NCBI GenBank assembly: GCA_016931155.1
Contig: JAFGFJ010000005.1
Location: forward strand, 1,547-65,546
Reading direction: 5' to 3'
Length of the DNA stretch: 64,000 nt
Origin: Candidatus Dojkabacteria bacterium
GTDB taxonomy: Bacteria; Patescibacteriota; Dojkabacteria; B142; JAFGFJ01
The notes below the pieces were generated by a model. The model was not told the origin of the DNA, did not search any database, and saw only the letters and a program-made list of their open reading frames with translations. Position 1 is the stretch's first letter, and each line of letters opens with the position of its first letter. Of this stretch, positions 47,497-58,126 are shown piece by piece. The position numbers and the translations under genes were made by a program.

Positions 47497-48824
47497 TTCC
47501 AGAATTTTTTAAGTTTAGTTTTTTTCTCCAGAAATCTACGAACTTCAAGCATAGCAGTGTATGTTGGAAGAATATAGAGAGTTTCACCGGGCTTTGCTAC
47601 GTTCATAGCTTCGGTGAGTGCTTTTTCTACATCTTTTTTAAGCTTTACTCTGGTTTTAACAGCGTTGAAATTGTCAAAAGCATACTTGAGTCTTAGAAGC
47701 ATATCCTCAGCCCTTGAACCGCTTATCATAATGTTTTCGGGCAAATAATAATTAAATTGTTCAATTTTCGCATCCCAAAGCCAGGAAACATCTTTTCCAT
47801 CTGCTGTATTGTCATTGATAATTATCATGATATTTTTAGCTCTAACCCTGGTAAGCATTTTAACGGTTATACTGAATCCTGCTGGGTTTTTAATAAGTAA
47901 CAGCTTGAAATTTATTCTTCTCTTGCCGACAGAGATTTCTCCCCCTTCTCCTCTCCCAAAAGCTGGACAAAATCCCTCAATTGATCTGACAATTACATCC
48001 GTCTTAACACCTTCCAGTGAACAGGTCAAAATTGAGGCAAGCGAATTGTAAACATTATAAAAACCTGGAGCACTGAATCTCTTTATTGTAAAAGTCCTTT
48101 TAGAACTTACAACTTTAAATGCAGTGGAAAGGTCTTTCTTCAATTTTATATCTGTTGCAATAAGCTTTTTCTTTATTATCTGATCAATATTTTCTACAAG
48201 GTATTTGCCCTCATAGGCAAACTCATTCAGAAATTTTTCGTCCAGACCGAAGTAATACTTCTCATTGCTTATTTCTTCTCCTATTTGAAATACTTTTGGA
48301 TCGTTTAAATTTAAAATTACTTTGGCATGCGGTGTTTTCTTTATGCCATCTGTAATATATTTTTTTGTCTTATCTATCTCACCGTATACATCAAGCTGGT
48401 CACGAAATAGATTGGTAACAACTACAATTGAAGCATCAAGTTTATCGGCAATACGTGGGAATGTGCCTTCTTCAACTTCAAAGATCCCATAATCATAATT
48501 AAGTTTGCCGAATAGATTGGCCTTGTCTAAAAGAAGAGTAAGAATACCTCTGCTTAAATTTGCTCCACTTATGTTCGAGATAACATTAAACCCTGAATTT
48601 CTTAAAATATTTACAATCAAGGTTTGAGTAGTAGTCTTACCGTTTGTTCCTGTAATTACTATTTTTTTAGGAATCTTCTCCAGCAAATACTCAAATAAAT
48701 ATGGAAATTTCTGCTCAAGCAAATAACCGGGAAGTGTTGTCCCACCTCCTTTACCTGTCAGCCGTATTAATACAGAAAGAGTTTTTGAAAACCAGACAGA
48801 TAGTATTGTGATCAGTTTTTTCAT
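47493..48824 (-). CDS. murT: Lipid II isoglutaminyl synthase ligase subunit MurT (Mur-ligase middle domain + DUF1727-like C-terminus)
   Basis: Mur ligase P-loop ITGTNGKTTTQTLIVNIL. Paired with a GatD-like gene, as in the Gram-positive MurT/GatD operon. Confidence 0.75.
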   Translation of the reverse strand: MKKLITILSVWFSKTLSVLIRLTGKGGGTTLPGYLLEQKFPYLFEYLLEKIPKKIVITGTNGKTTTQTLIVNILRNSGFNVISNISGANLSRGILTLLLDKANLFGKLNYDYGIFEVEEGTFPRIADKLDASIVVVTNLFRDQLDVYGEIDKTKKYITDGIKKTPHAKVILNLNDPKVFQIGEEISNEKYYFGLDEKFLNEFAYEGKYLVENIDQIIKKKLIATDIKLKKDLSTAFKVVSSKRTFTIKRFSAPGFYNVYNSLASILTCSLEGVKTDVIVRSIEGFCPAFGRGEGGEISVGKRRINFKLLLIKNPAGFSITVKMLTRVRAKNIMIIINDNTADGKDVSWLWDAKIEQFNYYLPENIMISGSRAEDMLLRLKYAFDNFNAVKTRVKLKKDVEKALTEAMNVAKPGETLYILPTYTAMLEVRRFLEKKTKLKKFWK

Positions 48825-48857
48825 TCAAGAATAATAACATTAAATGTGGAGATAGCG

Positions 48858-51800
48858 TTAAGAGACTATGAAGCCGTTGAAGACTTCGATTACCTCCTGC
48901 TTTAATTCAACTTTCCTTCTTATCTCTTTTTTTCCAGTACCGTCTTTTGCTGTATAATAAACTACTACAGTTGATTCCCCTGGGTTTTCAGTTATTACCC
49001 TTTTTAATTCAGACAGTTTTTGCGTGTCCTTAACTTTTGAAATGTCAATTTTTACTTCCTCGGGTTCATTTCCTTTCAGCTCAGCAGGTTGTATGCTGTT
49101 AATCAGAATTGAAAAATCCCCTTTTCTAAATGAAACTGCGCCTTCAATAACAACAGGACTGTTTTCATTAAGTAATCCCTTCTTTTCAAGGTAAAGACTA
49201 TTAAAGACAACAGCTTCAGCATTATCTGATAAATCTTCAATTGTCAAAAATGCCATTGGCTTTGAGTCTTTTTTTGTGTAAATAGTTTTTATAGAGGTGA
49301 TTATGCTTAATAATTTTACTTTAACTCCCTCTTCCTTTTCCTTCGCCTGTCTAATATTTATGAAATTTTTTCCGACAAATAAGGAAGCATAGGCCTTAAG
49401 TGGGTGTGCTGAAAAGAATGTGCCAAGAAGATCTTTTTCCCATGCTACTCTGTCTGCATCGGTTTCGGGAACAAGGTCAGGTAAAAGTGTTTTAATTTTG
49501 TTTTTAGTCTTGTCTGAAGAATGGAACAAGTCAGTCTGTCCAGCAGTAAAATGTGATTGAAGTCTGGCAACACGATCAAATACTATTGCTAAGCCAGCAA
49601 GAAGAACTCTTCTGCTTCCGAATTGATCAAGGGCTCCTGCCATAATCAAAAATTCCATACTTTTTTTACTTAAATTACCAGTACCTACTCTCTCTATTAG
49701 ATCATCAAGGTCGGTAAAAATACCTTTCTTTTCTCTTTCTTCAACGATATGAGAGACTATATTTTTGCCTACATTCTTAATTGCTGCTAATCCAAACCTT
49801 ATGTTTCCATCCTCAATTGAAAAGGTAACTTTACTCTTATTTATATCTGGCGGTAGTACCTTAATACCCATATGAGCAGCTTCTTCCATGTCTCTCTTAA
49901 TTTTGTCGGGATTATTCAGGTCTGTTTCCATAAGTCCAGCCAGGAATTCAACGGGATAATGTGCTTTAAGATAAGCAGTCTGGAATGCAATCAGCGAGTA
50001 ACTTGCACTATGTGCTCTGTTAAAACCATAATCCGCAAATGGTTCAAGATAAGCAAACAAAGCTTCTGCAAGTTTTTCACTATATCCCTGACCAGCTACT
50101 CCTTTTATAAATTCATCCTTTTGTGCTGCCATCACTTCCGGAATTTTCTTCCCCATTGCCTTTCTTAAAATATCAGCTTTTCCAAGAGAGTAGCCTGCCA
50201 TTTTTACTGCAATTTCCAATACTTGTTCCTGGTAAATAGCAAACCCGTGTGTCTTTTTAAGAATCGGTTCAAGATCGGGATGGAGATAAGTAACCTTTTG
50301 TTTGTTGTATTTTCTTGCGATATAGTCAGGGATGTATTGCATGGGTCCTGGTCTGTAGGCAGCATTCATAAAAATAAGGTCTTCCATCTCCGTTGGTTTC
50401 AATTCTTTCAAATATCTCCTCATTCCAGCAGATTCAAACTGAAAAATTCCTACAGTGTTTCCTTTTTGAAAAAGTGCAAAGGTATCTTTATCTTTGAGTG
50501 AAATATTATTAATGTCGATCTTTTGCTGCGAATCCTGTTCGATTTTTTCCAGAGTTCTTTTAATAATCGTCAGGTTTGCAAGACCAAGAAAATCAAATTT
50601 CATAAGCCCCATAGGCTCAAGCGGGTAACCTTCAATCTGACTTATTATGTTACTTCCCCCTCTAGTTTCTCTCTGGACAGGTACATAGTCTGTAATTGGA
50701 GTTGGAGTGACCAAAAAACCACACGCATGAGTTGAGATGTGCCTTGCTACATTCTCCAGCTTTTTAACATAAGAACAAAGTTCTCTAAGCTCGCTGGCCG
50801 AGTTTATAGTCTCTCTGAATTCCTGATTTTCTTCAATCATCCTATCAATCGTATACACTCTTCCAAATTTTATTGTTACCATCTTGGAAAGCTTATCAGC
50901 AATTTGCAGGTCTATTCCCATAACTCTTGCAACATCCCTTATTGCCGCTCTAGTCTTCAGTCTTCCAAAAGTACCAATGAAAGAGGTATTTTCTCTGCCA
51001 TAAGTTTCCATCATGTATTCGAATAGTTCATCTCTTCTGTCATCCTGAAAATCTATGTCAAAATCTGGAGGGCTTGGTCTTTCCGGGTTTAAAAATCTTT
51101 CAAAGATAAGGTTCCATTCCAGTGGATCAAGATTTGTTATTCCTAAGGAATATGAAACCATGCTTCCAGCACCAGATCCTCTTCCGGGACCGACTAATAT
51201 TCCGTTCTTTCCTGCCCACTTTACATAGTCATGAACAACAAGAAAGTAGTCATCATAGCCCTTTTCATGAATAATACTTAGTTCATAAGAAAGTCTATTA
51301 TTTATTTCATCTGTAATTCTTCCATATCTTTTTCCGGCACCCTCATAAGTTAAGTCTTTCAGTTCTTCCTGAGCATTTCTTCCTTGTGATAGCTTTTTGT
51401 ATTCCGGCTGAATCCTGCTAAATGTGATATCATACTCCTCAATTGAATCCGCTATTTTTTGTGTATTTGAGATAGCTTCTGGAATATCTTTATAAAGATC
51501 ATCAACATCTTCTAAGCTTTTCAAATAAAATTCCTGTGATTCAGCCTTTTGTCTGTTTTGATCTGAAAGTTTGGCTCCATCTCTTATGCACCAGGCTATT
51601 TCCTGTATTTTCCAGTCTTCCTTTTCCAGGTAATGGACATCACATGTTGCTACAATTTCAAGATTATTTTTTTTGGCAAGCTGAATTTGAGCAGGTATAA
51701 GATCTTCAGATTCTTTTATTTCATTTCGTTGTACTTCAATATAAAACTCATCAAATGTACTTTGATAAAAATCTACCCATTCCTGTGCCTTTCTTTCGTT

Positions 51801-52277
51801 TCCTTGTCGAAGTGCTTGATTAATATTGCTGCTGAGGCAGCCGGATAAGGCTATTAATCCCTTACCGTATTGTTTTAGTAACTCTCTATCTGCTCTTGGC
51901 TTGTAATATAATCCTTCTATATGTGATCTGGAAACCAGTTTTACAAGATTTTTATAGCCTTCAAGATTTTTTGCCAGAAGAGTTAAATGGTAGCGCTTGT
52001 TGTCTATTTGAGGAACTTTATCAAACCTTGTCCTTTCAGCAATATATACTTCACATCCTATGATGGGTTTTATTTTATTAGCTCTACACTCAGACCAAAA
52101 TTCATAAAGACCGTACATCACGCCATGATCAGTCATAGCACATGCATTCATACCATAATCTTTGACTTTTTTTATAAGAGGTTTGATTTTATTCAGTCCG
52201 TCAAGCAAGGAATACTCTGTGTGCAAATGAAGATGAACAAAATTGGAAGGTTTTTCCTGTGATTTGTTAATAGGCAT
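48858..52277 (-). CDS. dnaE: DNA polymerase III alpha subunit
   Basis: N-terminal PHP domain VHLHLHTEYSLLDG, polymerase core, and OB fold. Length 1139 aa. Confidence 0.95.
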   Translation of the reverse strand: MPINKSQEKPSNFVHLHLHTEYSLLDGLNKIKPLIKKVKDYGMNACAMTDHGVMYGLYEFWSECRANKIKPIIGCEVYIAERTRFDKVPQIDNKRYHLTLLAKNLEGYKNLVKLVSRSHIEGLYYKPRADRELLKQYGKGLIALSGCLSSNINQALRQGNERKAQEWVDFYQSTFDEFYIEVQRNEIKESEDLIPAQIQLAKKNNLEIVATCDVHYLEKEDWKIQEIAWCIRDGAKLSDQNRQKAESQEFYLKSLEDVDDLYKDIPEAISNTQKIADSIEEYDITFSRIQPEYKKLSQGRNAQEELKDLTYEGAGKRYGRITDEINNRLSYELSIIHEKGYDDYFLVVHDYVKWAGKNGILVGPGRGSGAGSMVSYSLGITNLDPLEWNLIFERFLNPERPSPPDFDIDFQDDRRDELFEYMMETYGRENTSFIGTFGRLKTRAAIRDVARVMGIDLQIADKLSKMVTIKFGRVYTIDRMIEENQEFRETINSASELRELCSYVKKLENVARHISTHACGFLVTPTPITDYVPVQRETRGGSNIISQIEGYPLEPMGLMKFDFLGLANLTIIKRTLEKIEQDSQQKIDINNISLKDKDTFALFQKGNTVGIFQFESAGMRRYLKELKPTEMEDLIFMNAAYRPGPMQYIPDYIARKYNKQKVTYLHPDLEPILKKTHGFAIYQEQVLEIAVKMAGYSLGKADILRKAMGKKIPEVMAAQKDEFIKGVAGQGYSEKLAEALFAYLEPFADYGFNRAHSASYSLIAFQTAYLKAHYPVEFLAGLMETDLNNPDKIKRDMEEAAHMGIKVLPPDINKSKVTFSIEDGNIRFGLAAIKNVGKNIVSHIVEEREKKGIFTDLDDLIERVGTGNLSKKSMEFLIMAGALDQFGSRRVLLAGLAIVFDRVARLQSHFTAGQTDLFHSSDKTKNKIKTLLPDLVPETDADRVAWEKDLLGTFFSAHPLKAYASLFVGKNFINIRQAKEKEEGVKVKLLSIITSIKTIYTKKDSKPMAFLTIEDLSDNAEAVVFNSLYLEKKGLLNENSPVVIEGAVSFRKGDFSILINSIQPAELKGNEPEEVKIDISKVKDTQKLSELKRVITENPGESTVVVYYTAKDGTGKKEIRRKVELKQEVIEVFNGFIVS

Positions 52278-52424
52278 ATCGGAAATAGCTTAAGTGCTAT
52301 AAATCGGATCAAATAAGGGATCGATTTAATATATCACCTTTAATATTTCCACGGCAAGATATTTGAGAATGTCCATATATACAAGCTCTTTGTTCAATTT
52401 TTCTTTTGAAAGAAAAATTGATTT

Positions 52425-53138
52425 TTAAGGAATTTGAGAAAGGTGCCAGTTAATATTTTTTGCCCATTGTTCAGGATTGTGGGCTCCGTAGGCTTTGCCA
52501 AGAGTATAAATATCAGAATACTTATTTGTATATTTTGCTACTTTACATGTCAGGTCAGAAAGAGATGTGTCCCAGCCAGTATACTGAACTTTATTCAGGT
52601 ATCCATATGGATTGTACTCCTTATAGGCTATTCTTCCGTAACCTGACTCATTCCCTGCAATAGCGACAATAATCTTGTAATCGGCACCACATGACTCAGC
52701 CTTTTCTACAATTATATTTGCATAATCAGCCATAGGAGACTTAACCTTTCCTAGATAGCCTGCAAGTCTGTCAATCTTGATCTGCCTTTCTCTTCTTAGT
52801 CTTTCCTGCTCCTTTTTTATTTCCTCCTGTTCTATTTTGATACCTACAGCAGTATCTATGTCTTCTCGCAAAGGAGTGGGAAGTTCCGTATTTGTAACCA
52901 ATTGTTCTTTTACAGAAAGTTTTTGTGTCTGTCCAAGGACTTCTTTGTAGACAATCTTATTTGGTGAACTGTTTTGTTCAATGAAGTAATAGCCTGAAAG
53001 AATACCGAGACTTAAAAAAACAATAGAAAGTAACGAAAGTCTTATGAAAATAGAAAAGTCCTCTTTAGCAAATGACTTAGTAGAGTTAAAAAGCTTTTTA
53101 ATTGTCCTTTTTGTTCTATGTGCCGTTAACCTTCTCAA
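52425..53138 (-). CDS. Membrane-anchored putative peptidoglycan hydrolase (FlgJ-type glucosaminidase-like domain)
   Basis: N-terminal TM helix. IIVAIAGNESGYGRIAYKEYNPYGY resembles the glucosaminidase ALESGWG region. Weak assignment. Confidence 0.4.
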   Translation of the reverse strand: MRRLTAHRTKRTIKKLFNSTKSFAKEDFSIFIRLSLLSIVFLSLGILSGYYFIEQNSSPNKIVYKEVLGQTQKLSVKEQLVTNTELPTPLREDIDTAVGIKIEQEEIKKEQERLRRERQIKIDRLAGYLGKVKSPMADYANIIVEKAESCGADYKIIVAIAGNESGYGRIAYKEYNPYGYLNKVQYTGWDTSLSDLTCKVAKYTNKYSDIYTLGKAYGAHNPEQWAKNINWHLSQIP

Positions 53139-53342
53139 AAACTTGTTTAAGATTATCTTAAACTTAACTAAACTTAGGCCGCTTTTTTGTTAAAAAGACG
53201 GACAATACAATAAATCGAGACCAAGTATAACAAATTTGAACCCGTATGTCTAGACTACTATAGGATAATATTTAATCTGATCATAGTCTGTAGAATTACT
53301 CAATAATCACTGAAATCTAATGACTCGACAGATTTGTGTAAA

Positions 53343-54326
53343 TCATTCTGAAGCGGGAACTTCTGTAGTATCTTCCCTTTTAAATAATGAATATACAACT
53401 CTACCGTCATTTCCATCTTCCTTATATATTTTTACCCTTTCTATACTAGTAAAACCTAGTGTGCCATATTTTCTGGCAGATGCACTTCTCCTGACCGACT
53501 CTAATATCGCTTCCTCGATTTCTTTGTACTCCTCTTCCTCTGCCTCAGTTAATCTCAAAGTTGTTGTCTCAGGCACTTCGCCAGTATGTTGAAAGTATCT
53601 TTGCTCCCTCAATGTTCCTTCCCTTCTTTCTGTGTAATCAAAATACTTTTCCAGAATAGCTTCTTGTGTTTCCGTTTTAATATCAGTTCCCTCTCTGCCG
53701 TCCTGGATTTTTCCGGCTTGTTCGAGTCGGTGTTTTACCTGTGCTTCGTAATCTAAATAGTTTTTAATACTTCTAAAATCCAGCTTTTCAATAAACTTTT
53801 TATAGGTATCACTACCATCCACCCACTTGTCACGTATGTATTTGACTTTTTTCTTTAAAAGAGTATCAAAAAAACATAGACCCCAGTCAATAAATTTTGA
53901 TGGATTCATACCGGGATAATTTTTTGGTGGATTCTCTCCTTTAGTTTTTGTCTTGATATTAAACTCAAGGATTGCATCAAAGGGTTCAATTTCTAAGCAA
54001 GAAAAAAATTCTTCAGAGTGAAACGTTCCTGAGAGAAGCTGGACAATCATACAATGCTGAATATCATTTTCAGGTTCTTCTTTTGGCGAGATAAACACTG
54101 TCTCTGAAAATTCTGCAAATCTTCCTCCAACATTTCTTTTAATTCTCATGCTGTGTCTTTTCTCACCGTCTACTACATCGAAGAACCCCAAAACCCCTGC
54201 CCAGTGATTGTTTGGATTTAAAGATTTTATTATCAGATCAACTGGTAAATTTGATACTGAAATATCTCCTGAAATATCATTCAGTGATACTTTTTCAACT
54301 AATCTAGAACCTAACTTAGTCTCCAA
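53343..54326 (-). CDS. Hypothetical protein, 327 aa, with a Glu-rich C-terminus
   Basis: ORF only. Confidence 0.45.
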   Translation of the reverse strand: METKLGSRLVEKVSLNDISGDISVSNLPVDLIIKSLNPNNHWAGVLGFFDVVDGEKRHSMRIKRNVGGRFAEFSETVFISPKEEPENDIQHCMIVQLLSGTFHSEEFFSCLEIEPFDAILEFNIKTKTKGENPPKNYPGMNPSKFIDWGLCFFDTLLKKKVKYIRDKWVDGSDTYKKFIEKLDFRSIKNYLDYEAQVKHRLEQAGKIQDGREGTDIKTETQEAILEKYFDYTERREGTLREQRYFQHTGEVPETTTLRLTEAEEEEYKEIEEAILESVRRSASARKYGTLGFTSIERVKIYKEDGNDGRVVYSLFKREDTTEVPASE

Positions 54327-54329
54327 TGT

Positions 54330-55508
54330 TTATTTTTTCTCACAAATAATATTTTCTATTTCATTCACAATGTTTTCGGCAGCATTCAGTTTGACTTTTG
54401 ATCTCGCAGTAATTCTAACCAAATCAAGCGGATACCCATTCAGACCTTTTCCACTTCTTACCACTTCAAGAACATTAAGTATTCTATTATAAAGAAGATC
54501 CGGTGTTATTTCTTCCTGAGTTAGAACAGTTGCAAGTCCTATGGATTCAATCATTCTTGCATTTTTCATCTGTTCATCACCTGAACTCCATGGAATGGGA
54601 ATTAGAACAGCTGGTCTCCCAAGTGCAAGAAGCTCAGTAAGAGTATTAGCACCACTTCTTGACACAACTAAGGTTGATTTTGCAAAAATCTCACCAATTT
54701 GCCTTCCAAAAATGTGTTTCCTCACAACATAATTTTCTTGAAGTTTTTTGTTGAGTCTTTTTTTCTTCTTCAGTGCCTTTTCGTAGTCTTGAGTGACAGT
54801 AGAACTTCCAGTCTGGTGGATTACATTTGCATGTTTTAGCAGTTTTGGAAGAATCTCAAGCAGTCTCCAGTTAATTGTGTTCGATCCCTGTGAGCCTCCA
54901 GTAACATAAACAATAGGACGATCATTGTGAAAATCAAAATCATTTGTTCCTGTTTGAAAGACTTCTTTTCTAAGAGGATTACCAGTAAGTACAGTCTTTT
55001 TTGCTGGAAAGTATTTCCTTGAAATGTCCCATGAAATAAATACCCTGTTTGCAAGTTTTGCTATAAATTTATTGGCCAATCCTGTAACAACTGTTTGTTC
55101 ATGAGTAACTATTTTTCTGTTTAGGACTTTTGCTGAACAAACAATCGGTAGTGCAAGATAACCCCCAAAAGAAATTACTATATCAGGCTTCTCTTTTAAT
55201 ACAATGTTAAATGCCTTTAAAAATCCGAAGGGAATCATTAAAAGATTTTTAAGTCCTAATAGTAGAGTTTTTAATACCCACTTTCTTTGGAGCCTTCCTG
55301 TATTTAGATTGTAGAATTTAATTCCTTTGCTTTTGATTAGCTTGAACTCAGAGCTTTTTCTTTTGTCTCCTTCCTGTGAATATTTACGGCCTGTCCATAC
55401 AATATTTGTGTACCCTTGCACTTTTAGCTCTTCTAAAACAGCAAGAGCCGGTGTTAAATGTCCACCGACAAACATGAATTTTATTTTTTCTTTTTCGAGT
55501 TTTTCCAT
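54330..55508 (-). CDS. murG: Undecaprenyl-PP-MurNAc-pentapeptide GlcNAc transferase
   Basis: G-loop FMFVGGHLTPALAVLEEL. C-terminal VTGGSQGS. Start trimmed to the Met at 55508 to avoid a 150-nt overlap with the upstream gene. Confidence 0.85.
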   Translation of the reverse strand: MEKLEKEKIKFMFVGGHLTPALAVLEELKVQGYTNIVWTGRKYSQEGDKRKSSEFKLIKSKGIKFYNLNTGRLQRKWVLKTLLLGLKNLLMIPFGFLKAFNIVLKEKPDIVISFGGYLALPIVCSAKVLNRKIVTHEQTVVTGLANKFIAKLANRVFISWDISRKYFPAKKTVLTGNPLRKEVFQTGTNDFDFHNDRPIVYVTGGSQGSNTINWRLLEILPKLLKHANVIHQTGSSTVTQDYEKALKKKKRLNKKLQENYVVRKHIFGRQIGEIFAKSTLVVSRSGANTLTELLALGRPAVLIPIPWSSGDEQMKNARMIESIGLATVLTQEEITPDLLYNRILNVLEVVRSGKGLNGYPLDLVRITARSKVKLNAAENIVNEIENIICEKK

Positions 55509-56110
55509 GCCAATATTATTTGCACAATAGAGGTTAACATTACTAATAGAATTATGAAAGTCGCTTGAAATTGCAAGTTTTCCTGCGGGAAAAACTTGAT
55601 CAAGCTCGAAGTTGTCGGATCCAAGAGCCAATAATCGTTTCTAAAAAAAATCGTGTGAAATATGTTGGAGAAGAAATCAAAGGAAAAAAGTAAAACAGAT
55701 GTACAGATTAAAATTGCAAAAATAATTGAACCTACTGATCCTATTATTGTTGCTTTAGTTCTGTCTATTTCTGTTGATTTAGTAGTTATTATACTTGCTA
55801 TAGCTGCACTTAAAAGAAGATAAGTAAAGACAAGCAGGTATCTCACATCCTTCATATGCAAGATATCCTCCTTAGAATAGAAGTCAGAAGAAATCCCCGA
55901 CCTTCTAAATGTTATATATTTAAAAAGCTCTTCAAATTGCTGTCTTGATTCCACAGGACTTGCAAAGCCTTCATAGGGCTCAGAAGGGTTCAAATATAAG
56001 ATTTTCGTATTTACAACGACAAAGACCGGAAATAATATATTGAATAATAGTGTTGTAAAGACTAACAGAAAAACTGGAACACTATTGCTATTCATACCTG
56101 AGGGCATCAA
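55481..56110 (-). CDS. Hypothetical integral membrane protein, 209 aa
   Basis: Four TM helices. Family uncertain. Confidence 0.45.
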   Translation of the reverse strand: MMPSGMNSNSVPVFLLVFTTLLFNILFPVFVVVNTKILYLNPSEPYEGFASPVESRQQFEELFKYITFRRSGISSDFYSKEDILHMKDVRYLLVFTYLLLSAAIASIITTKSTEIDRTKATIIGSVGSIIFAILICTSVLLFSFDFFSNIFHTIFFRNDYWLLDPTTSSLIKFFPQENLQFQATFIILLVMLTSIVQIILAWKNSKKKK

Positions 56111-57377
56111 CGGGATTTAGTCTACTTGCCCTTAAAGCAGGATAAAGACCTGCAAGTATTCCTATGATGGTTGATAGAATAATCGGTGCTGTCATTAACC
56201 ATACCGGTGTAGTAAAAACATTATCAATATCAATGTTTTGTGCCGGGAAAACGTACTTAAGTAATATAAACTCAACAAGTCCTGTAAAAGCAAGGCTTCC
56301 CAGCAGACCCATTACTCCTCCAACAAAGCCAATCATAGCCGACTCTGAAAGAAAGATGTTTCTTATATCCCCCCTGCTTGCTCCGATTGCTTTCATTACT
56401 CCAATTTCTCTAGTGCGTTCATAAACTGACATTATCATAGTATTTACTATCCCAACTGAGGCAACAATAAGTGCTATTACGCCAAACATAGAAAACACTA
56501 CCTGAACAATCCCAATAACTGAACCAAATAAATCCAGAAGCTCACCAACTGTCATTGCGTCGAATCCCATCTCCTTTATTTTGCTGGCAATCTCATCTAC
56601 TACTTCTTCACTGCTGGCACTCAGATATACCTGATCATAGCCTATCTCACTTAGATACTCGTCAGATGAACTAAAGCCACCTCTTATTGCCTGCATCTCA
56701 GCTGCACTTGCTACAGAAGTAACAAATTCATTCTGATCCTTACCCACATCAATAACTCCAACTACTGTGAAGGTATATACTTCTCCCTTGTCTTTTACCT
56801 TTGAAGAAAAAAAGGATGATGGATCATCTTCTATCGTAACCTTTTTGCCAATAAGCTCATCACTTGAAATACCATAAGCATCACTGATTTTATTTGAAAG
56901 TAGAACCTCTCTGGATGCGAGGTCTTTTACCTCACCAGCAAGAATATCCTGTATATATCTGTCCTCCTCATCAAGGTTAAACCCTGATCCAAAAATACCC
57001 TTAATTGGTTTTTCCTGTCCTTCAATCTTTAGTGTTTTGCCGCTAAGTAATATAATTGGTTGTACTTTTACAACGTTATTCAAGTTCTCCAGGTCATCTA
57101 TTGCATCTGGAGTTACCGGCTTAACTTCTTCTTCCTCAACACTTGGAACTGCAACGGTAAATTGCATAGAACCTTTTGGACCAACCATAACATTCTTCAT
57201 ATCAAATGCGTCAGTAAACTGACTTCGTAAGAGCTCTTCACCCCCTACTGCACCTGAAACCATAGTGATAATAAGAAAAACTCCAATGAAAACAGCAAGA
57301 CTTGTTAGAAAAGTTCTCATTCTTTGCCTGACAAGTCCTCTGAAAGCGATTTTAAAAAGAGAGAATCCTTTTATCAT
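56088..57377 (-). CDS. ABC transporter permease (FtsX-like / MacB-LolE type)
   Basis: N-terminal TM helix, large extracytoplasmic domain, and a C-terminal 3-TM FtsX-like fold. Confidence 0.8.
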   Translation of the reverse strand: MIKGFSLFKIAFRGLVRQRMRTFLTSLAVFIGVFLIITMVSGAVGGEELLRSQFTDAFDMKNVMVGPKGSMQFTVAVPSVEEEEVKPVTPDAIDDLENLNNVVKVQPIILLSGKTLKIEGQEKPIKGIFGSGFNLDEEDRYIQDILAGEVKDLASREVLLSNKISDAYGISSDELIGKKVTIEDDPSSFFSSKVKDKGEVYTFTVVGVIDVGKDQNEFVTSVASAAEMQAIRGGFSSSDEYLSEIGYDQVYLSASSEEVVDEIASKIKEMGFDAMTVGELLDLFGSVIGIVQVVFSMFGVIALIVASVGIVNTMIMSVYERTREIGVMKAIGASRGDIRNIFLSESAMIGFVGGVMGLLGSLAFTGLVEFILLKYVFPAQNIDIDNVFTTPVWLMTAPIILSTIIGILAGLYPALRASRLNPVDALRYE

Positions 57378-57396
57378 ATTAATAATATTTCCAGTA

Positions 57397-58104
57397 CTAA
57401 TCTAAATATTTTGAACTGCTTTTCTTCCTTCCTTTGATTTCTTTTTGAATTTTTCCATCAAGTATATAAATTACTCTGGAAGCCTTTTCTGCAATTCTAT
57501 CATCGTGAGTCACAACAATAAAAGTTATTTTTTCCTTTTCTGAAAGATCTTGTAACAACTTAATTATTTTCTTCCCTGTATGACTATCAAGATTTCCTGT
57601 AGGCTCATCTGCTAGAAGAATAGAGGGTTCATTTACAAGTGAACGTGCTATCGACACTCGCTGTCTTTGACCACCTGAAAGTTGACCAGGTCTGTGACCA
57701 ATTCTGTCTCCAAGTCCGACTTTCTCCAAAGCTTTTTCAGCTCTTTGTTTTGCTTCTTTTCCATTCGTTCCAGAAAAGATAAGTGGCAGTGCGACATTCT
57801 CAGCAGCAGTAAGGTTGGGTTGCAAATTGAAAGTTTGAAATACAAAACCTATGGTCTTATTTCTATACTTCGAAAGTTCTTTATCATTCATCTTACTAAT
57901 GTCACTGTCGCCAACAATAATAGAGCCTTCATCAAGCTTGTCTATTCCTCCTATGCAATGCATAAGTGTGGTTTTACCGGATCCTGAGGGACCCACTACC
58001 GCAACAAATTCTCCATCAGCTATTTTCAGATCAACACCGTCCAAAGCTTTGACAGTCTCCCCCCCGAGTTTATAGTGCTTTTGTGCGCTTACAATCTTTA
58101 TCAT
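57397..58104 (-). CDS. ABC transporter ATP-binding protein (MacB/LolD type)
   Basis: Walker A GPSGSGKTT. Signature LSGGQRQRVSIARSL. Walker B LLADEPTGNLD. Confidence 0.9.
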   Translation of the reverse strand: MIKIVSAQKHYKLGGETVKALDGVDLKIADGEFVAVVGPSGSGKTTLMHCIGGIDKLDEGSIIVGDSDISKMNDKELSKYRNKTIGFVFQTFNLQPNLTAAENVALPLIFSGTNGKEAKQRAEKALEKVGLGDRIGHRPGQLSGGQRQRVSIARSLVNEPSILLADEPTGNLDSHTGKKIIKLLQDLSEKEKITFIVVTHDDRIAEKASRVIYILDGKIQKEIKGRKKSSSKYLD

Positions 58105-58126
58105 ATATATGTTCTATTATTGTGAT

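Noticed and set aside
49872-51848. Several 70-100-aa plus-strand ORFs inside dnaE
   Set aside because: All lie antisense within the intact 1139-aa DnaE coding frame, and all are AT-rich frame artefacts.
52395-52420. AT-only 11-12-bp palindrome (caatttttcttt...aaagaaaaattg) between the 52425 gene and dnaE
   Set aside because: It could be a terminator, but neither strand has a U-tract after the stem, and it is composed solely of A/T. Too weak to call.
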